64,000 nt of DNA from the human T2T-CHM13v2.0 reference genome, Homo sapiens: NCBI RefSeq assembly GCF_009914755.1, contig NC_060937.1, one strand, 5' to 3'. Under the pieces are notes generated by a model that worked only from the letters and a program-made list of their open reading frames with translations, searched no databases and was not told where the DNA came from. Positions within the stretch are counted from its first letter, which is position 1; every line of letters begins with the position of its first letter. Shown in pieces: positions 56,249-64,000 of the stretch. The translations under genes and the position numbers were made by a program.

Positions 56249-58556
56249 ATGTCAGCATCAGCTGTGTTTCTCCATCCACTCTGAGCATTTTCTCTTCAAA
56301 GAGCTCCCCCAAATTATGGTGATTTACTTGATACTTTGGACTCTCCTGGTGGCAGCAATGCTCCTTGACTACATGTATTTGGCCATCTATTCCCTTCTCC
56401 CTCAAGAAATATTTTAAATTTTTTGAAAAGCTTATTCATTGATCTATTTAGATTCATTGATCTAAAACAGAATGTGTTTAATTTTTGTGCATTTGTGAAT
56501 TTTCCGAACTTCCTCTTGTGGTTCATTTCCAGCTTTATACTAATTTGGTCAGAAAAGATACTTGGTATGATTTCAGTCTTCTTCAATTTATTAGGACTTG
56601 CTTTGTTACTTTTTATATGATATATTCCAAGAATATTTTATACGCAGTTGAGAATAATGAATATACTGTGGTTTACTGAATGGAATATTTTATATATGTG
56701 TATACACCAGCAGAATACCACCTTTTATCTATAGTGTAGCTTAATTAGTCTATAGTATCTGTAGTCCATTTGGTCTATAGTGTAGTTTAAGTCCAATATT
56801 TCCTTATTGATTTTCTGCTGGATAATCTTCCAATTGCTGGAAGTGAGCTGTTGAAGTCCCTTATTAATATTGTTTTACAGTATATCTCTGTTCAGATTTA
56901 TTAATATTTTCTTTAAATATTTATGTGCCCTGATGTTGGGTGCTTATATATCTATAGTTGTTATATCCTCTTGCTGTATGTACCTCTTTATCATTATATA
57001 ATGACCTTCATCTCTTTTTATTGTTTTTGACTTAAAGGTTATTTTGTCTATTATTAATACAGCTACCTCTGTTCTCTTTTGTTTTCCTTAGCATGGTGTA
57101 TCTTTTTCTACACCTTTACTTTTAGACTATATGTTTTCTCACAGGTAAATGAGTCTTTTGTGGGCAACATACCCTGGGGTCTCAATTTTTAAAAATCTAT
57201 TCAATTACTGTATATATTTTCATTTGATAACTTAATCCATTTATATTCAAGATAATTATCGATAGGTAAGGACACACTACTGCCATTGTCTTGTTTTGGT
57301 ACTACAAGTTTCTTTGTGGAAAGTTTTCTAATTAGAAATCCAGTATCTTCAGTAGATATACCGAAACTCAGCTTAATCATTACTTCTTGGAATGCCGTTA
57401 GTTTAAGATGGATAAATTATTTCAAAAAAATTGTCCATTTCATATAAATAATTGAATTGACTGGCATATTTATAATAATTACCTATTTTCCTCTATCTCT
57501 GTGGAATATTTAGGAAAGCCGCCTCTTTCATTTCTGACATTGGTAATTTTCCCTTCTTGCCACTTTCCCAGTCACAATAGGTATAACTTTATTAGTGCTG
57601 TTGATCTTCCCAAAGCAAAGCTTTTTGGCCTGTGTTTCTCTTTTCAAATTCCATTTTATTGATTTCTCCTCTGAATTTTACTGCTTCTGTTTACTTTGGG
57701 TTTTATTTGCTCTTTATTTTCTAGTTTTCTAATGTATATCTGAGGTCACTGACATAAGACCTTGTTTCTTTACGTACATTTTTACTTTTTGCATTTTGTG
57801 TTATAAATGTCTCCTGAAACATGCCTTAACAACAACCAACAAATTTTTGATATAATATGTTATAATTTTTCTTTAGTTCAGAGTATTTTCTAAATTAAAC
57901 CAGGCTTCCTTTAGATATGAATTACTGTTATTTTTCAGATATTTAGTGAGTGGTGTGAGAGAGTTGTTTCTGTTGTTTTAAATTTAATTCCATGTGGTCA
58001 AAGGATATTCTTTGTATAAGTAGAAATTATTGAAAGTCACTTTGTGTCTAAGAATATACTTATTATATTGATGAGTGTTTCATGTACATTTGTAAGAAAA
58101 GGTGATATTCTGCTGTGGTTCTGTGGAGTCTTGAATAAAAGGAAGTGAGATATTTTTGCTTGACAGTGTTATTCAGGTAATCTGTATCTTTTCTGATTTT
58201 CTTTCTCCTTGTTCTACCAATATTGGATGCATAGTGTGGTAATCTCTGGCTATAAATATGGAATTGTCTTTATCTTCTTTTTCTGTTAGTTTTTGCTTTA
58301 TATATTTTGAGGGTCTATATTTAGCTTCATAGACATTTATCCTTTTTATGTACTTGTATGTACTTTTTCATTGTGAAAGTATTTTCTTTATCCCTGGTAA
58401 TATTATTAGCTCTAAAATATATTTTTTTCTAATATTAATGTATCTCCTTTGGCTTTTCTTGATTAGTTATAACTGGTATAATTTTTTCATGTTATTTTCA
58501 ATGTATTTCTTTTATACCTTAACTGTGTTTGTTGAAGGCAACATCAAGTTTGCCCT

Positions 58557-59244
58557 TGCTTTTCCATTTAGTCTGATTCTTTCCCTTTTGTTGGGGGTTT
58601 GGACCAATTATATTTAATATTATTATTTGATGTGGTTAAGTCTATTGCTTTGCTATGTTTCTCCTATTTATTTCATATCATTTGTTTCCTTTTATGTCTT
58701 TTGAAATGAATTTTTTAATTGTTTCTATTATTAGCTTATTAGCAATTGCTGTTTATACTGTTATTTTATTTTGCCTTATAGTTTATTGTATACTTCTTTA
58801 ACACGTGATATCGCATAAGCAAATGATATTTCAAAATGTTGTATCATGTATGAAAGAAGTATACAATAAACTACGAGGCAAAATGAAATAACAGTGTAAA
58901 GAACGATGGCTAACAAGCTAATAATAGAAAAAAAATACAAAAATATTTATTCCAAAAGTATTCTTTCATTTCTCTCCACTCCTACTTTATATATTATTAC
59001 TTACATACATTTTACTTACACATATATGAATTTTAACACATTATGATTTTTATTTAAATAGTAAATCATCTTTTAATGGGATTTAAAGTATATATATATA
59101 AAAGACATAAAAGGAAACAAATGATATGAAATAAATAGGAGAAACATAGCAAAGCAATAGACTTAACCACATCAGTAATAATATTAAATATAATTGGTCC
59201 AAACCCCCAACAAAAGGGAAAGAATCAGACTAAATGGAAAAGCA
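58557..59244. repeat. Long nested inverted repeat
   Basis: 58557-58702 is the reverse complement of 59100-59244 except at one site; ~58699-58810 is an imperfect reverse complement of 58842-58958. Confidence 0.97.
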
Positions 59245-62200
59245 GGCCAACAACAACAACATTTGTATTTTGAAAATGTCACGTTAACACTCATTATTAA
59301 AATATATTACCAATGTCTATAGAATTTTATATTGATAGTTTTTTTCAGTGTTTTAAAGATGTTGTTCTACTATCTTCTCACTTACAATATTTGTTTCTCT
59401 GTGTATAATGATATACACAAATAAAAAAGGTATCTTTTTCTCTGCCTGTTTTTACAATTTCCTTTCTCTTTATCACTGGCTTCGTGCAATTTGACTGTGG
59501 TACACTTTGTTGCAACTTACTTTATATTTATTGCATTTTGGGTTTGTTAAACTTTTTGAACTTAGGGGTTTATAGTTTTCAATAAATTTGAGAATCCTTC
59601 CCTTCAGGGATTTCTATTGCCCTTATGCTGTTCTTAATTTTACCAATTGTTTTTTATTTTTAGAAAGTTTCCATTGCCATTCCATTTCAAGCGTACTAAT
59701 CTTTTTCTCTGCAATATTTTATCTGCCCGGTATTGTGTTCATTGTCATTGCATCTTTGATGTTGGCATTTGCTGCTCTAATAGTTTGTACATTTGTTTTG
59801 TAGTTCTATACCTCTACTTAATTTTTGAATATGTGAAATATAGTTTAGCTTTTAAAAGTGTTCTATTGTCTCCACCTGCTAATTCTAGCATCGATGCATT
59901 CTGGGTCAATTTTGATTGACTGTCTCTTTATTATTTTTCATTTTCTTCATTGTGAATTGTATTTCTCCTGCATGTTTATGTCATGTAATTTTGGTTGAAG
60001 ATTCTATTTTTTTGCTCCCTCATACATTTTTTCAGTATTTTTGCGTGATACATAAAGTTATTTGAGAACAGTTTGATCCTTTTGGGTTTTGCTCATTGAA
60101 TACTTTTAGGTAGATGTAAGCTGTATTTATTCTAGAGCTCATTTATTCTACACTATAAAAGCAATATATTTATGAATACTCTACTCAATGCTGTGATAAT
60201 TTTAAGATGTTCTAGCCTGTCTAGGGTAACAGGCAGTTTTTTTTAGCCCCATGGGAACACTGATTATTATTCCTTATAACTTTTTTGGGTGGGTCTTTAG
60301 CCTCAGGGAGTTGCACTGCAGGAACACACCAGCTAATATGTAACTCAACACTTAAGAATGATACTCTCAGATTACTGGAATTTCTATGTGGTTCTCTTAT
60401 TTGCCATCATTTGCCCCGATGACTGTTGCTGCCTTGTTTTATCGAGACACTTAGATTAATCTTCTCACCTGAGATAGTGTGCTAGGCTCTGCTTTGTTCT
60501 TTCTTTTTGTACCAAACCTGGAAACTCTCTAATCAGTATTTTGGCGCAATGGTAGCGCTCACCTTGTCTGCTTCCATTATACATTTTTCTTCATTGCTTA
60601 ATGTCCATTATCTTGGAAACTGATATTCTGTGCATTCTGGTTTGGTGGTGGTTTTAGTCAGTCAGGAGAGTAAAACATGTCACTGTAATTTCATCTTGAA
60701 CAGAAGCCCCCAAGTGACTTCTATAGTTTAAAGATGAATGAAATTTGATGTTACTGATTCTAATATAAACATTCACCAATAGACACAATTCCTCTTTCTT
60801 GCAATTATTAAGAGCAGAATACGGAGAAGGCTTAGACAGCTTATAATAGATACCACTGAAGTTTAGCAGTATCAGCAACCCTAGTCTGCCTCCCACATAG
60901 GCAATAGAAAATTCTATGTTTTCTTACCTTGCTTGAAGTACCTCATATCATAATGTTAAAAATGTACTTTCCATTTTTTATGGTTTAATTTCTAGGACAC
61001 AGTGCAAGTGTTTTTGGCAAAGCGTTATTATTATTACTGTTTTATATTTTGAGTAATTAGTGTTTATATTAATTTGAGTTTCCACCAGCTGCTAGTAATT
61101 GTCAGACTTAAGACTAAAAGATTAAAAGCTATGACATTGTTTTTAAAGGGCAAGTCCCACCTCAGATTATGCAATACAATTATGACATTCTTATTTGGAG
61201 ATATCTTTAGAATTAGAAGAGTCCTTTTTGAACATACATGAACAGCTGAGGACACAAAAATAGCTCGCTAAATAGTATGACATTTCCATTCAACTGTAGC
61301 TCTATCATTTTCTTTCCCTGGTTAAAACATCAGCAGGATTTCTAGGAACACAGAGACAGTATTAATACAGATGTTTTCTTATGCAGACCTTCATGTTGCC
61401 AGGTTGCCTTTTTAAGCTTGAAGGACATTTTCACAGTATACATACAGCCTTTTAAAATAAACTACCCTGCTAACACCTTGCATGCTAAGTTTACACTTGT
61501 GGCATTTTTGATGCCAAGTTACAAACCCCTGGGAATATAAATTTAATGGAAATCCTGACAGTTTTCTATCTTTAACTAAGAGAATGCTGTCAATGTTAGG
61601 TGACATTCTCCAGATAATACTGACTAGGTCAGTTCTATATAGCAAGCTAATTGCAAGATGTCTTTCTGCTGACAAATTATAAACTGTGCTTATACATGCT
61701 ATACAAATACAATGTAGTTCAGAGTATTGAATGGCTACAGAGCTATCAGTAAAAGTTGTTATTTTCATTGAATAACTAGGAAATTGCTGTTTCTAGCACT
61801 TTTTAGATTACTGACATGAAATGTACATACTGTATCATATCTATCCCTGAGAAAATATAATCGTATTTGCTTCTGATTTTTTTAAAACTAATTTACTTCA
61901 AAATTAAGCAATTTTCATACTAGAAAATGGCAAATATAGAGCATAAGTTTATCAATTATAATCAACTTAAATTTAATTATAGTATCAGAGAAAATAATGT
62001 TTGCTTAAATAAAATTCCCAAGGAGTAAAATAATCATCTGTTGAGCCTGTTTTATATTTCTATCAAAAACTACAATTGTTTCTTTCTTTTAAAATTTGGT
62101 TTAGTTTCCTATGATAAAATAAATTTAAGTTGTCAAGTTTTTTATACTTTTCTTTGTCCTGCTCATCTGGTAAAAAATATAGAAAATCAAGAATGAAAAA

Positions 62201-62429
62201 AGAAAGCAAAGGCGATCCAGATATTTAAAACCTAAATCCTGGTTACTTGAGATTTAGTAACACGTGTTATACTGCATTTATTGTAATCATCCCAAACAGC
62301 AGAAAGTTACTACGTGTGCTAAAGTGGACTAGTTTACTCCTATAGTTATAAATGTGATAAAAAATATCTTGTTCCTTCAATGTACATAGAGTGAATTTTT
62401 TCTTATTTGCTTGTATTCCCTGTATTATC

Positions 62430-62678
62430 CAGTGACTTTCAAACTTTTGTTGACCCAGGGTGTGAAACTATTTTTTTCACAAATTCCACTATACACACTT
62501 GTATCTATGTGAAACAAAATTATCAAATGCAATTCTTATACATAGTATGTGCAATATATTCTATTTTATTAATATACTATTTCATTCTGATTCTATTTTT
62601 TATTCTCATATTAAAAATACTGTATGTGATATATTTAATCAATTTTACCATGTTGAGCCCTACTTTTAAAAACTTCAT
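62430..62678 (+). mobile_element. Decayed hAT-Charlie MITE (Charlie4-like)
   Basis: Starts 'cagtgactttcaaacttttgttgaccc' and ends 'cttttaaaaacttc', resembling hAT TIRs. Confidence 0.5.
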
Positions 62679-63327
62679 AGGTTATGTAGAGTGATCTTTT
62701 CAGGGAGTTTCTGATATATTAAAAAAAGAAATATATCTTTTTTAAGTAAATAGAAAGTAAGTTTGTAATCTCCACCAAGTCTGTATTAATCTACTAAGAA
62801 ATGTAACATTCATTGGTTTTCCAATCTCAGGTAGTTTGATATAGGAGTTTATTGATTTTCCATTAATTTGCATAGACTTTCTATTTTATAATACTTAGGT
62901 TATGATTCTTATATATGAATTTAACTTTTATTTCCAGTAATATGATTATAAAGCCTATCTTAACAAAATGTTTCCATCAAAAGGAACTGAAAATGCAGAA
63001 TTAGATGTTTACAGGTTTTTTAATTCCCAAATTTGCTAACAAGATAATAAAAATCAGTCTAGATTCAAAGTAAGAGCAGTAGCCCAAATGTAAAGCAGGT
63101 ATATTACTTTTTGTTCTGGAGCATTTGTCCAGCTGATTAATTTCAACTTTGTATTGGACAGAATTGTGCGCAAGGGCCTGAAAGTGAGGAAACAGAAGCC
63201 AAGGTCTCAGTCTACTCAAGCAGAAATTTCAATAAGACATTCTCTCTGTCCAGTAAAATTTTAACTTAAAAGTGAAGCCCACAGAGTAAGAGGAAATAAG
63301 TAGTAAATCCACATCTTTTCTACTTCG

Positions 63328-63615
63328 TTTTGATTTTTTTTTTAGATGGAGTCTTGCTCTGTTGCCCAGGCTGGCATGCAATAGCCTGATCTCAGCTCAT
63401 TCTACCTACTAGGTTCAAGTGATTCTCCAGCCTCAGTCCCCAAGTAGCTATGGTTAGAGGCACTTGCCACCACGCCCAGCTAATTGTTGTATTTTTTTGT
63501 AGAGAAGGGTTTCACCATGTTGGCTAGGCTGGTCTTGAACTCCTGACCTCAAGTGATCGACCTACCTCGCCTCCCAAACTGCTGGGATTACAGGCATGAG
63601 CCACCATGTCTGGTC
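63328..63615 (-). mobile_element. Alu (older S/J type)
   Basis: Antisense dimer; TSD acatc(tt/tc)..ctactt at 63311-63325 and 63617-63631. Confidence 0.95.
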
Positions 63616-63739
63616 AACATCTCCTCTACTTTTAATGGCTGCAGAGGAGGTATATTTTATTGGCCAAATCAGGGAAGGCAATGCTTAGATGAAAACAAAT
63701 TAGAAAGTATTAAAAGAACTTGCAAAAGGAAAAAAAATC

Positions 63740-63940
63740 TTATATGTAAAAAATAAAAATTATAATAATCAAAGTTAAAAACTCAATTGAAAGGTTAATC
63801 TACAGCTAATACATTGCTGATAATCATAAGTTAAATGAAAGTTAGGTAAGATGAAATCATTCAAAATGTAGCTCAAAGATGTAAGTGGAGGAACAAATTT
63901 AGTTTGATGCAATAAATCAAGGTTTAATTAAATTTAGAAA
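63740..63940 (+). mobile_element. Old L1 ORF1 fragment
   Basis: 'aaagttaaaaactcaattgaaaggttaa...gaaatcattcaaaatgtagc' resembles L1M ORF1 coiled-coil DNA. Confidence 0.55.
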
Positions 63941-63945
63941 ATATT

Positions 63946-64000
63946 TGTATTAGTCTGGCTTGTGCTGTCAAAACAGAATACCATGGTTAATTTATAGCTT
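63946..64000 (-). mobile_element. End of a MaLR LTR (MST/MLT1), truncated by the window
   Basis: 'tgtattagtct...tgctgtcaaaacagaatacca'. Confidence 0.75.

Larger units (their letters stand above)
53195..57300 (-). mobile_element. L1MA-type element(s), interrupted by Tigger3 and containing a 5' UTR-like segment
   Basis: Poly(T) and 3' end at 53195-53269; ORF2 antisense 54425-56140; endonuclease region 56405-57300 (KKTEIIPSIFSD). Confidence 0.8.
50540..60700 (-). mobile_element. Long old L1M (L1MC/MD/ME-like) in pieces (50540-51455, 52250-53195, 57305-60700) hosting younger insertions
   Basis: Antisense L1 3' UTR, ORF2 and ORF1-side motifs in collinear order; 'ctaggcctggagttt' resumes as 'agtttctttgtggaaag' at ~57308. 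Confidence 0.75.

Noticed and set aside
60920-61130. Minus-strand exon (donor-like ttcttacct at ~60921)
   Set aside because: The interval is very AT-rich with no coding signature, and similar donor-like motifs recur by chance (3683, 13722).
61412-61768. 118-aa minus-strand ORF in unique DNA
   Set aside because: No recognisable domain, no ATG at the annotated start, no convincing flanking splice sites, and a length compatible with chance.

Overview
AT-rich, CpG-depleted primate (human-like) genomic DNA. It carries Alu S/Y, L1PA/PB/MA/MB/MC/ME, L2, MIR, MaLR/ERVL/ERV1 LTRs and hAT/Tigger DNA transposon fossils. I see no intact protein-coding gene, RNA gene, CpG island or CRISPR array. The listed ORFs are decayed L1 ORF2 pieces, Alu or microsatellite read-throughs, or chance ORFs. 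The window looks like a gene desert or a very large intron. Three features are not explained by repeat annotation: (i) a ~1.4 kb poly(A)-tailed, TSD-flanked retrocopy of an mRNA I cannot name, inserted in an MLT1A LTR (36449-37830); (ii) a two-tier long inverted repeat inside an old L1 (58557-59244), with near-identical outer arms; (iii) two unique-sequence motif clusters ending in strong + strand splice donors (~18.0-18.46 kb and ~44.1-44.64 kb). There are also several nested insertion towers and signs of fold-back template switching in TA-rich arrays. I found no evidence for a new biological system beyond these candidates. Repeat subfamily names come from recalled consensus motifs, and many boundaries are approximate.
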